Source of the DNA: a virus
Virus genome (UHGV): UHGV-0387525
Length of the DNA stretch: 41,290 nucleotides
Strand: one strand, 5' to 3'
Positions 9,243 through 17,361 of the stretch are shown in pieces; position 1 is the first letter of the stretch; each line of letters opens with the position of its first letter. The position numbers and the translations under genes were made by a program. The notes beneath the pieces are model-generated. The model saw only the letters and a program-made list of their open reading frames with translations, had not been told where the DNA came from and made no database searches.

Positions 9243-9270
9243 GCCCGCAATATTTTGCGGGCTTTTTTTT
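9243..9270 (+). terminator. plus-strand intrinsic terminator abutting the tailspike stop
   Basis: stem gcccgcaa/ttgcgggc, loop tatt, then eight T on plus strand. Confidence 0.55.
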
Positions 9271-12200
9271 AACGTTCTTCCAGAGACTGAACCCGCTCTT
9301 TTATCTTATCCATTTCTCTGCGCTGCCATGCTGCCTCGATATAGAATAAGAGATCAGGTCTGACCCCCCATCTAGATCCTGCTGGCGTTATTTCAACGCG
9401 CTCAATGATGTCTTCTATTACCATCACTGGATTATCATCCTCATCAACAATGATGCTCCCGTCATTATCAGTCAGCGGCATTTCCCTTTGGCCAGTAATG
9501 ACGTCATCATATACTGCGGGATAATCGTCATAGCAAAGAAAGGCATAGCGGCATGTTGTGCTTTCTTCTTCCATGAGTCCGTGAGAAATAAGAACATCAC
9601 GAAGTTGCTGCGCGATTACACCATGATGTATCCTCGCCCCTTCTTCCCCCTTTATAGCGACAGCGTTCAGCCATTTATAAGCGATATACCTGACGTCACC
9701 CCAGGCATCCAGCAATGCTTCGTCAGGAGAGACCGGCTCTGTCTTTAATGTTCCGTCACTGGTAACCACAGGATTGGAGCCAAGATAAACTGTCGAGAAC
9801 CTGTTTCCCGGACCACCAAGAGCATTTACATTATCAAGATAAGGTTTAACATCTCCGTTCTCAAAAAGATGTTCGAGTGCGTTATATACCGCGCGACGTG
9901 GAGTACTGCTTCCGGAACCATGCAACGTTATCATTGCACCATCTGCTGAAGACGTTGTTTCACCGCCGCTAACGATTAATCTCTGAGCGGTAACATCATC
10001 AGACGGTACTTTCTTCGCAATAATGGCGTAATTACCCTCAAGTTTGACTTCCGCGCGAACTTGTCCTGATGTACCTGCATGGACAGTCAGTGACTGGACG
10101 GCAACATCATCTGTGAAATCAACGGGTACAGGAACCGTCCTCACGCCTGACGTCGACATAAAAGTAGGAAGCGTTCTGTTAGGAGTGGCTCCGTAGACAA
10201 AATCCCTTGAAACAAATTCTTCCTGTTTAATTTTCACCCTGAAACAATACAAATCAGCCGGGTGACCATCGTGAACATAAGGATATTTTCTGTTGTTATC
10301 CCCTATGCTCCATGGGTTTAGAAAGTCTTCCCCACCGAAAATGTAGTACAGCCAGTTGTCTTTGATACAAACTGAACCAACACCAACCGCAGAGTTAACT
10401 ATTCCGCCCTGATAAATCTGATCAGTAACATTAACCCACTCTACATTATCCAGACTCCACTCATTGACGTTAACTCTGGTCATAAATGTTCTTGGATAAT
10501 TTCCTGCATAACGGTTATCAGGTTCTCCTCCTTCCCACTCACCAAATGCGCGCTCACTGCCAAAAATAATCAGCTCATCGCCAACTTTGGCAAAAGGAAG
10601 GTTTGAGTGATGAACATTATTTGGGAAGCGAAGAGAATTCCATGATGTACCTAAATCAGAGCTTCTGTGCAATGAACTACCGGGTTGAGTACTTAATGTC
10701 CCCCTGGTCGTCAGATACAGAATGCCATCATAATATTTTACACATGGCTCAGATGCATTCGCCTCATATTCTACAGGTATGCGTCTGCGAACAAAGCTAC
10801 CAGGAGAACCGAAAGCATCAGAGAAATAGAGTATCCCAAGCTCGCGTGGACCAATATCACCATTATGGTAGCCAACAGCAAAACTGTTATCGCTAATCGT
10901 CGCAAAACTGTGAATCTCAGTAACAGGAGTGCTTCCGTCAACAAAAGAAGGAATAGTTCCAAGACTGGTTTTTCTCCATGGTGACGAGTGAAATGATGTG
11001 CCAAAACTCCAGTATCTACCCTCGTTATTCTGATCCACATCCTGGGTATTTTGCGTCGTAACTGTAAAGGTATTTTTATCAATAACAGTAGTCACCGTCA
11101 TATTCCCGGTAACACCTGTAACACCAGAGTTTGAGAAGTTGACAAAATCACCAGCAAATAATCCGTGATCAGTAATGCGAATATAAGCGACTTGCTGATT
11201 TGCTGCTTTCGTTATACCACCATAAACGCGAAGGCTGCGACTCATTGGGCGATCCCACAACTCTGCAACCTGCAGTTTATTTCCTCTCACGGTCCGCGTC
11301 TCAATTACAGCAAAAAGGCGATTTCTGACAACCCCCATACTCATGCAGTGATAGTTAACTGTGGGATAGTTTTCATGTAAATCTGTAAGCCATTCCGGCG
11401 TTGTCCAGGTCTTCCCGTCATCTCCTGAGCGAACCCATGCAACATGGAGGTTATTCACACCATGGCGGTCTCCAGCCATAAAAGGCGCATAGATGACATT
11501 GTCATATACAAACGTTTTATCCTGCGTCCAGGCGTTGTACCACGGTGTATCTGTAATTTTAAATAACTCTCCCTGGATAAAATCTTCAGAAGCATAAAAA
11601 AGAGGCTGGCCCGGTATTCTCTCAAATAAAAAACGAGCATTTTTAAATCGACTGACATCCGGAAGAGTTGATACTTTAAAAGTAAGCCCTAATCCGTCAA
11701 TTTTATAACCTGGAGATGAGGCTTCAAGGCACGCGCTTATTGCAGTGGAATCGTCATTTATACCATCACCAACAGCTCCAAAATCTTTGGGGCTAATAGC
11801 ATCACGCATTTTATCCTGGAACGTTCGGTACACAGCCCCAGAACCATACTGAATAAACCAACCAAAACCACCAACAACTCCGGCGATTGCAGCATCGACA
11901 TAATTACGCATTGAGCGATTATTTACAGCGTCCTGCTCAAATGATGGATCTGCAAGGTTAGAAATTTTGTTTTGCTTTGCATCGTAATATTTTGCAAGCA
12001 AAGATGGTTTCATCAATGCACGTCTGAACCACCCAAAACATTGCTGGATCAGCATCGTCAGGTAGTCAAAGGCATCTTCATGCACTTCGGGGAAAAATTT
12101 TCCCTGATTGCGAAGGTCTGTGTCCTGCACTACATCAAGCACACGATCTATCGTAATTCGCCATCCAGTAGCAAGCGGAGACGGAAGAACCACAGAACCG

Positions 12201-12388
12201 CCACTATAAGTGCCCGCCCCAGTTACCGTATAACCGGTATCCAGGACCAATTCTGTTACGTTCCCGTTCAGGTCAGACACCTGAACAACCAGGTCTGATT
12301 TTCTGAAAATTCGAAAAGTATACGGAAACGATGTCGTAACGCCGTTACCGGTGTATTCGTTGTGGTCAACTTCGGTTGAGACCGTCAT
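9269..12388 (-). CDS. tail fibre/tailspike with predicted glycan depolymerase body and C-terminal S74-type intramolecular chaperone
   Basis: 1039 aa; N-terminus shows T7 gp17-like adaptor pattern (YTGNGVTTSFPYTF...VVQV); DFGAVGDGINDDSTAI pectate-lyase-like motif; Asp-box-like SGDDGKTW and SSDLGTSW; C-terminal ...ARIHHGVIAQQL chaperone-like segment. Confidence 0.75.
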   Translation of the reverse strand: MTVSTEVDHNEYTGNGVTTSFPYTFRIFRKSDLVVQVSDLNGNVTELVLDTGYTVTGAGTYSGGSVVLPSPLATGWRITIDRVLDVVQDTDLRNQGKFFPEVHEDAFDYLTMLIQQCFGWFRRALMKPSLLAKYYDAKQNKISNLADPSFEQDAVNNRSMRNYVDAAIAGVVGGFGWFIQYGSGAVYRTFQDKMRDAISPKDFGAVGDGINDDSTAISACLEASSPGYKIDGLGLTFKVSTLPDVSRFKNARFLFERIPGQPLFYASEDFIQGELFKITDTPWYNAWTQDKTFVYDNVIYAPFMAGDRHGVNNLHVAWVRSGDDGKTWTTPEWLTDLHENYPTVNYHCMSMGVVRNRLFAVIETRTVRGNKLQVAELWDRPMSRSLRVYGGITKAANQQVAYIRITDHGLFAGDFVNFSNSGVTGVTGNMTVTTVIDKNTFTVTTQNTQDVDQNNEGRYWSFGTSFHSSPWRKTSLGTIPSFVDGSTPVTEIHSFATISDNSFAVGYHNGDIGPRELGILYFSDAFGSPGSFVRRRIPVEYEANASEPCVKYYDGILYLTTRGTLSTQPGSSLHRSSDLGTSWNSLRFPNNVHHSNLPFAKVGDELIIFGSERAFGEWEGGEPDNRYAGNYPRTFMTRVNVNEWSLDNVEWVNVTDQIYQGGIVNSAVGVGSVCIKDNWLYYIFGGEDFLNPWSIGDNNRKYPYVHDGHPADLYCFRVKIKQEEFVSRDFVYGATPNRTLPTFMSTSGVRTVPVPVDFTDDVAVQSLTVHAGTSGQVRAEVKLEGNYAIIAKKVPSDDVTAQRLIVSGGETTSSADGAMITLHGSGSSTPRRAVYNALEHLFENGDVKPYLDNVNALGGPGNRFSTVYLGSNPVVTSDGTLKTEPVSPDEALLDAWGDVRYIAYKWLNAVAIKGEEGARIHHGVIAQQLRDVLISHGLMEEESTTCRYAFLCYDDYPAVYDDVITGQREMPLTDNDGSIIVDEDDNPVMVIEDIIERVEITPAGSRWGVRPDLLFYIEAAWQRREMDKIKERVQSLEER

Positions 12389-12492
12389 GTTAAATCTCCA
12401 GATAGTCGCAGCACCCGTTGCGCCGCATATCTGGTTATTCTATTACCTAAAAAACCATATATGGATAAAAAGACTATAAATACCAATAGATA

Positions 12493-12507
12493 TTACCTTT
12501 CGGGTAA
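12493..12507. promoter_or_regulatory. operator-like palindrome TTACC-N5-GGTAA
   Basis: ttacctttcgggtaa upstream of gene 12584..12841. Confidence 0.6.
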
Positions 12508-12544
12508 TTTGCAAAACGTGCTGGATAGCAAACAAATTATTTGT

Positions 12545-12564
12545 TACTGTATAAACATACAGTT
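12545..12564. promoter_or_regulatory. LexA (SOS) box
   Basis: TACTGTATAAACATACAGTT: CTGT-N8-ACAG, 17/20 match to TACTGTATATATATACAGTA. Confidence 0.7.
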
Positions 12565-12583
12565 ATTGCATGGAGAAGATAAG

Positions 12584-12841
12584 ATGCAGCAGTATCACTA
12601 TCCACTGGAAGACGGATTTACCGAAAGGATTCACACGCCGGGAGGCGTCAGGTCACTGGTGGAGGGATCGCACTTGATGAAATTACTCCGGGATCTCGAT
12701 AAGGATGGATTTAATGTCGATGGCCCACTTGCCGAACTGACTGCACTGATTAACTACGTCACCAGCTCACAGATGTCTATGCAGGATCTGCAAACACATC
12801 TCGACTATTGTGCCGAACAATTACGAAAACAAACCCGGTAA
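12584..12841 (+). CDS. small antirepressor-like protein (Tum-like), paralogous to C-terminus of Ant
   Basis: 85 aa; GGAGAAG RBS before ATG 12584; LMKLLRDLDKDGFNVDGPLAELTAL...MQDLQTHLDY aligns by eye with LMNLLNQLQEDGHDVSGAAAELTTM...LRDIQTHAEY at the end of 13990..14685. Confidence 0.55.
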   Translation: MQQYHYPLEDGFTERIHTPGGVRSLVEGSHLMKLLRDLDKDGFNVDGPLAELTALINYVTSSQMSMQDLQTHLDYCAEQLRKQTR

Positions 12842-12847
12842 ATTTAA

Positions 12848-12865
12848 AGGCCGCAAGAGCGGCCT
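12848..12865. terminator. bidirectional hairpin between convergent genes
   Basis: stem aggccgc/gcggcct, loop aaga; T-rich on both sides. Confidence 0.45.
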
Positions 12866-13592
12866 ATCGTTTCGCTTTGTGCTCGTCCCAGCACGTTTTG
12901 CACCATGCCATTAAGCCGTCCGCATTTTGATTATTAGGGTAAAAGCTGGTCCGTTTTCTGCGGACATTACAAATTGGGCACCACTTCATATGGCGTGTAT
13001 TCTTTGGGCCATCGAGACACCTTGCACACCACTTAGTCAATCCATCTGGATTTTTTGACGATTTCCGGAATTTGTCATATGGAAGGTTTATTCTGCATCG
13101 CAAACACTGCTTGCGGCCACTTGAAACTCTGTTAGCTGATTCTTCTTTTGGCGGCGATACAGAAGGTATTCTTGCTGGCTCTGATACTGCCTGAGGTGCT
13201 TTATTAGATGACTGAGACGATATGTCATCACCAGGGAATCTTCCATGATATGCCGGACGCGTTGACACTCCAGGTGGAAGCTCAGCTGTAAACGGCTTTG
13301 GCTGAATCAGTTGCCTCTCTTTTGCTAACTCCTGCTGTTTATAATATGTCTGGATTACCGCACTATCATAAGCAGGAGGTGCGGAAATATTAGGCGCATT
13401 ACCTCCAGTTTTTTGAAACTGAGTAGAGGTGTGTTCTATCACCTGTGTACGATTAATCGTTATCTCCCCATCTTCGGTCTTTATCGTTTTGTTATGATTA
13501 ACGACCGTACGATCAGAGATCTTAGTCTTGTTCTGGTTGATAACGTAAATAATCACCGCAACCACACCAACAACTATCCAGAAAACTTCCAT
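12864..13592 (-). CDS. membrane-anchored protein with tandem Cys-rich (zinc-ribbon-like) repeats
   Basis: 242 aa; N-terminal TM helix; two copies of C..C..N.DGL..WC..C pattern near C-terminus. Confidence 0.45.
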   Translation of the reverse strand: MEVFWIVVGVVAVIIYVINQNKTKISDRTVVNHNKTIKTEDGEITINRTQVIEHTSTQFQKTGGNAPNISAPPAYDSAVIQTYYKQQELAKERQLIQPKPFTAELPPGVSTRPAYHGRFPGDDISSQSSNKAPQAVSEPARIPSVSPPKEESANRVSSGRKQCLRCRINLPYDKFRKSSKNPDGLTKWCARCLDGPKNTRHMKWCPICNVRRKRTSFYPNNQNADGLMAWCKTCWDEHKAKR

Positions 13593-13612
13593 TGCTTTTC
13601 CTCACAATAACA

Positions 13613-13627
13613 TTACCTTAAAGGTAA
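13613..13627. promoter_or_regulatory. operator-like palindrome TTACC-N5-GGTAA
   Basis: ttaccttaaaggtaa, 21 bp upstream of the minus-strand start at 13592. Confidence 0.6.
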
Positions 13628-13705
13628 TATCTTGCTTTCAGGTGATCAAGCGTTAAACGCAATCAACCAAATACGGTTGATTTTAATATTTCTTCGCGTT
13701 TATCA

Positions 13706-13720
13706 TTACCTTTGCGGTAA
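13706..13720. promoter_or_regulatory. operator-like palindrome overlapping promoter -10
   Basis: ttacctttgcggtaa; TTGATT (13677-13682), 18-nt spacer, TATCAT (13701-13706). Confidence 0.6.
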
Positions 13721-13989
13721 ATTTACATCGCACTCCTCTTGTGCCATAGTAATCGGGCACTGGCAAAATCCAGTGCCGGGATTGGCGTCCCGGATTACTA
13801 AAAGGCGCATTCACCGCGCAAGCGGTTTTTTTATGCGTATAGCACGGCCACATTCGTATTATGGTGGGCTGTGTGGGGGCACCGAAAGGTGCGCCGGGTC
13901 CTTTTAGCCGGTTACGCCAACCCTGCACAGTTCACCACCAACCGATTGGCGTCGGTAGTGGTGATTAACCAGACTAAAAGGTAACCACT
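13721..13989 (+). ncRNA. candidate structured leader / small RNA upstream of ant
   Basis: no credible ORF; hairpins at 13757-13778 and 13776-13793; terminator-like hairpin accgc-gcaa-gcggt + T7 at 13813-13832; decoy SD-like actaaaagg 13797-13805; anti-SD ccttttag 13900-13907. Confidence 0.35.
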
Positions 13990-14685
13990 ATGACAGCTAC
14001 AAAAAGCACGTCCATTTTTTCTTTCGAATCCCAAGCCGATATACGGGTAATCGTCATTAATGGTGAGCCATGGTTTATCGCTTCAGATGTTTGTCGGGCT
14101 ATAGGCATAGCAAACCATCGAGATGCTGTTCGAAAACTTGATGATGATGAGAAGGGCGTCGCTTCAACCGACACCCCTGGCGGTGAGCAAGAATCGATCA
14201 TCATCTCCGAGTCAGGCCTCTACACACTGATCCTCCGCTGCCGCGACGCAGTGACACCAGGCACTATCCCCTACCGCTTTCGCAAATGGGTTACAGGTGA
14301 GGTTCTTCCTCAGATCCGCCGCACCGGAAGTTACATTAAAAACTCGCTCCCGCAGGAAGAACGCATAAAGATGGTTGCCGACCAGGTAGCCAACGCCACA
14401 GCATCAGCAGTAATGCAGGCGATGAAGATAGAGAACAAAACCTACAGCGCCCCACTGAAGCCCGGCTACCGCAGCCTGATTCATTCTCCGTCTGGTGTTC
14501 TCGGCCTGACGGAGAACTCACTGCTGATGAATTTGCTGAACCAGTTGCAGGAAGACGGGCACGATGTATCGGGCGCGGCGGCGGAGCTGACAACCATGTT
14601 TTGCTACATCGTTGGTGTGAGTAAATGCCTGCGTGATATCCAGACTCACGCGGAGTACATCAACGACAAAGCAGGATTCTTCTGA
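13990..14685 (+). CDS. ant: antirepressor with N-terminal Bro-N domain
   Basis: 231 aa; Bro-N-like N-terminus (IRVIVINGEPWFIASDVCRAIGI...ESGLYTLILRCR); C-terminal segment paralogous to 12584..12841. Confidence 0.75.
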   Translation: MTATKSTSIFSFESQADIRVIVINGEPWFIASDVCRAIGIANHRDAVRKLDDDEKGVASTDTPGGEQESIIISESGLYTLILRCRDAVTPGTIPYRFRKWVTGEVLPQIRRTGSYIKNSLPQEERIKMVADQVANATASAVMQAMKIENKTYSAPLKPGYRSLIHSPSGVLGLTENSLLMNLLNQLQEDGHDVSGAAAELTTMFCYIVGVSKCLRDIQTHAEYINDKAGFF

Positions 14686-14757
14686 CGGGCGGCGGCACAG
14701 GGATGTGCCTTTAAATAATTCTGTACAGATTGCAGACCGGGGGTGAATAGCGTACTA

Positions 14758-14772
14758 TTACCTTAAAGGTAA
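14758..14772. promoter_or_regulatory. operator-like palindrome overlapping promoter
   Basis: ttaccttaaaggtaa; TTGCAG 14730-14735, 17-nt spacer, TACTAT 14753-14758. Confidence 0.6.
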
Positions 14773-14798
14773 ACCATGTGTTTACATGAGGAGGAGAT

Positions 14799-15008
14799 AT
14801 GGGATTTTGGTTCGCTCGTACAAAAACGAGGGATAATGCACCCAGCCCTCAGGCAAAAAATACAGAAGTTCCGGCGTCAGCGCAGGTTAACAAGCGTGGT
14901 GGTGTGTATATCTCATCACAGCAAATTTCTGAGCTTCCTGAGGTTAAGGAGATGCGTCGTCTCGCTGCTGCAATCGTTAAACAGGATCTTGCCACTGTAA
15001 GGAAATAG
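14799..15008 (+). CDS. small hypothetical protein
   Basis: 69 aa; GAGGAGG RBS before ATG 14799. Confidence 0.5.
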   Translation: MGFWFARTKTRDNAPSPQAKNTEVPASAQVNKRGGVYISSQQISELPEVKEMRRLAAAIVKQDLATVRK

Positions 15009-15871
15009 TGTTGTTAGCTCTTCTAATTATCCCCATTCTGGTTAGTGGTTATATTATGATAACCGCTAACCAGTATCATTATTTCCGTTTATACCGACAT
15101 GAAGGCCAGCTTCTTTATATGAAAGTAGCTGCATTAGGTACATATTGCCTTGTTGCTTCTGTAATAATTGCCACATTTATAAAATATAAATATCCTGATT
15201 TTCACCTAGTTCACGATATGGTGGAAACTTTTAATGTAACGTCAAAACCAGAAACAGATAGAATTTACATGTGGCTACTTCTTCTGTCAGTCACATCAAT
15301 TTGCTTCTCTTTGTGTTATGTATCTTTTGTTTGGCTAAAAGATCTTCTTTTAGGTTGTTTTTATAAACGTGATATTTATGACAAAATATCAGAGGCAATG
15401 AAAGCTAGGGTATTGCGAAAAACGTACTCCCAGGGTTCTTTAGATTTGCTATTGCTTGATGCAATCGAATCAGATCCTAAGAAACCAATGTTAATTACTT
15501 TATCATCAAATAAAGTATACGTTGGAATAATAAATGGTTCTGGTGAGCCAACGGAAAATCAAGGGCCACACCAACACATATCTTTTGTTCCTTTAATGTC
15601 AGGGTACAGAAACAAAGAAAATTTATCTGTTACATTTACAAACGCTTACCCAGGTGAAATCCAAATTAAGCGCAGTGCTGCGATAAAAGGGATAAGCAAA
15701 AAGAAAGTTCAAGGTCTAGAAATTATGGTATCTATAGACGAAATAAGTCATATATCATGGTTTGACTTTGAAGTATATAAGGCAACAAATAACAAAGTAG
15801 AAACAAAGGGTCATGTTGTTAATGTGACCAAAAATGGTCGCAACATATACTACAGAAGTGGCAGGAAATAA
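15008..15871 (+). CDS. polytopic membrane protein of unknown function (accessory gene)
   Basis: 287 aa; about three N-terminal TM helices then soluble domain; AT-rich; GTG start overlapping upstream stop, alternative ATG 15056. Confidence 0.5.
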   Translation: MLLALLIIPILVSGYIMITANQYHYFRLYRHEGQLLYMKVAALGTYCLVASVIIATFIKYKYPDFHLVHDMVETFNVTSKPETDRIYMWLLLLSVTSICFSLCYVSFVWLKDLLLGCFYKRDIYDKISEAMKARVLRKTYSQGSLDLLLLDAIESDPKKPMLITLSSNKVYVGIINGSGEPTENQGPHQHISFVPLMSGYRNKENLSVTFTNAYPGEIQIKRSAAIKGISKKKVQGLEIMVSIDEISHISWFDFEVYKATNNKVETKGHVVNVTKNGRNIYYRSGRK

Positions 15872-15895
15872 ATTTTACGCAGTTTAGGTGGCTTA

Positions 15896-16400
15896 TATGG
15901 ATAATACTATCTTAGGCGCATTGATAGGTGCTGTTATTGCTATAGTTTCCACTTATATAAATGCAGGACAAGGATACAAAAACAGCATAAGATTAGAGCG
16001 ACAAAAAATATTAAGGGATAAACGCGAGCAATTATTTATAAATTGTATACTTACTAAAAAAGTCATAGATTCAAGCACAATTACCATTCTCAATTTCGTA
16101 AAAAATGCCAGATACCACTCTGATAGTAAATTTGACGTATCAAGAGCGAATCCGTTGCAAACGATGGAAATGCTAATAAACATATACCTTCCTGAGTATA
16201 AAAAAGACTTACAAGAACTCAATAATGCGTATCAAGAATTTCACAAATACTACTCTCAATATACATGTGCACATACCTTCAAAAATATGCCTGATAATGA
16301 GAAGTCGAGGTTTATTGAGGAGGCTGATTTTTATGCAAAAAAGATATATGGCAAACTTAATGATATTAAGGACAAGATATCATTAAACTCAATAGTATAA
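15896..16400 (+). CDS. single-pass membrane protein of unknown function (accessory gene)
   Basis: N-terminal TM helix ILGALIGAVIAIVSTYI; AGGTGG RBS 5 nt before ATG 15896; AT-rich. Confidence 0.5.
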
Positions 16401-16476
16401 CAGCGATACTGCCGCTGACGGCTCCCGCTGCGGTGGGCGTTCTGCGGATTCCCGCCCGGGTGGCGGTGGCATTCGT

Positions 16477-16507
16477 TAAAAACAAGGCCGCGAAAGCGGC
16501 CTGTTTG
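16477..16507. terminator. bidirectional rho-independent terminator
   Basis: A-run, stem aggccgc/gcggcct with gaaa loop, T-rich tail; between convergent genes. Confidence 0.6.
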
Positions 16508-16508
16508 A

Positions 16509-17360
16509 TCACTGTGCAGTTTTCGCTGATCGATTTTCAGCTCTAAATTCAAGAACCGTTTCAATATTTCTTTCCTTCAGCATATCAATAACATTTTTAT
16601 TCATTTGACTATCACTGGTTAATAACTGGTAAACGTTGCTTCTCTCTTTATCAGAGTTTTCTTTAACAGCTGCTTTGCATGCCAAATGCTTATTGAAATT
16701 TTCTACATCGCTAGTACAGGAATTTACGGCTGCTGATGAAATATCAGACGCTGAAGAAACACCGTCATCCAAACGTTTTATAGCATTTTCTATACATGAG
16801 TTAAGGGAATAAACGACAACTGAGCGATACCCTTCAGACGCACACCATTCTAAATTTCTTGAAGGATCGAGTGGTTTTACTTCGCTGGATTGAATTAACT
16901 TGTCAAAAACTGACTTATATTCAATCTGTTTTTTATCTATAGCCCATACTTCAGTAGCTGATTTATAATTCCCCGTATGCCTATTAACATCAAATCCATG
17001 TTTTATAAGCAAATCTGCCCATGAAAGATTTATTGATTCATTGTTATGAGGCCATTTTCCTGTCAGAACCGCCCCCATAGACCCCATATATCCGCCATAT
17101 GATGGTATAGCACCATGGCTCAGTAACTTCTCTGCAACCACAGGGCAATTAATTACATAAGAGGCGTAAAGCCCATTCCATAAAGCCCCTCTATAGTAAT
17201 CGCCACGATTAGGTTCTTTTAAGTCGATAGCCTTTGATAATTGTTCGCACGTTTTGCATGCATCAAAGTTATCCTTATTGCATTGCAATGAACTGGCAGC
17301 TGTAGGATTTACAGAGACTATTGAAAGCACTATGCCAAAAAACAAATTTATTTTTTTCAT
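16509..17360 (-). CDS. secreted Cys-rich protein of unknown function
   Basis: 283 aa; Sec-type signal peptide MKKINLFFGIVLSIVSVNPTAAS; AT-rich; start 1 nt after the upstream virion gene. Confidence 0.5.
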   Translation of the reverse strand: MKKINLFFGIVLSIVSVNPTAASSLQCNKDNFDACKTCEQLSKAIDLKEPNRGDYYRGALWNGLYASYVINCPVVAEKLLSHGAIPSYGGYMGSMGAVLTGKWPHNNESINLSWADLLIKHGFDVNRHTGNYKSATEVWAIDKKQIEYKSVFDKLIQSSEVKPLDPSRNLEWCASEGYRSVVVYSLNSCIENAIKRLDDGVSSASDISSAAVNSCTSDVENFNKHLACKAAVKENSDKERSNVYQLLTSDSQMNKNVIDMLKERNIETVLEFRAENRSAKTAQ

Positions 17361-17361
17361 C

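Noticed and set aside
9269-12388. Calling the tailspike an endosialidase
   Set aside because: Asp-box-like motifs and an S74-like C-terminus are present, but the pectate-lyase-like motif and lack of a search result make the specificity uncertain.
12461-12583. N-terminal extensions of several track ORFs (12461, 35755, 37830, 8437, 41177, 36723, 4269, 4808 starts)
   Set aside because: The extensions run through operators, terminators or the preceding gene and lack RBS; internal starts with good RBS and gene coupling were preferred.
13632-13928. ORFs 13632..13907 (+) and 13683..13928 (-)
   Set aside because: Lie in the hairpin-rich ant leader, lack RBS and have implausible composition; the region is more likely RNA.
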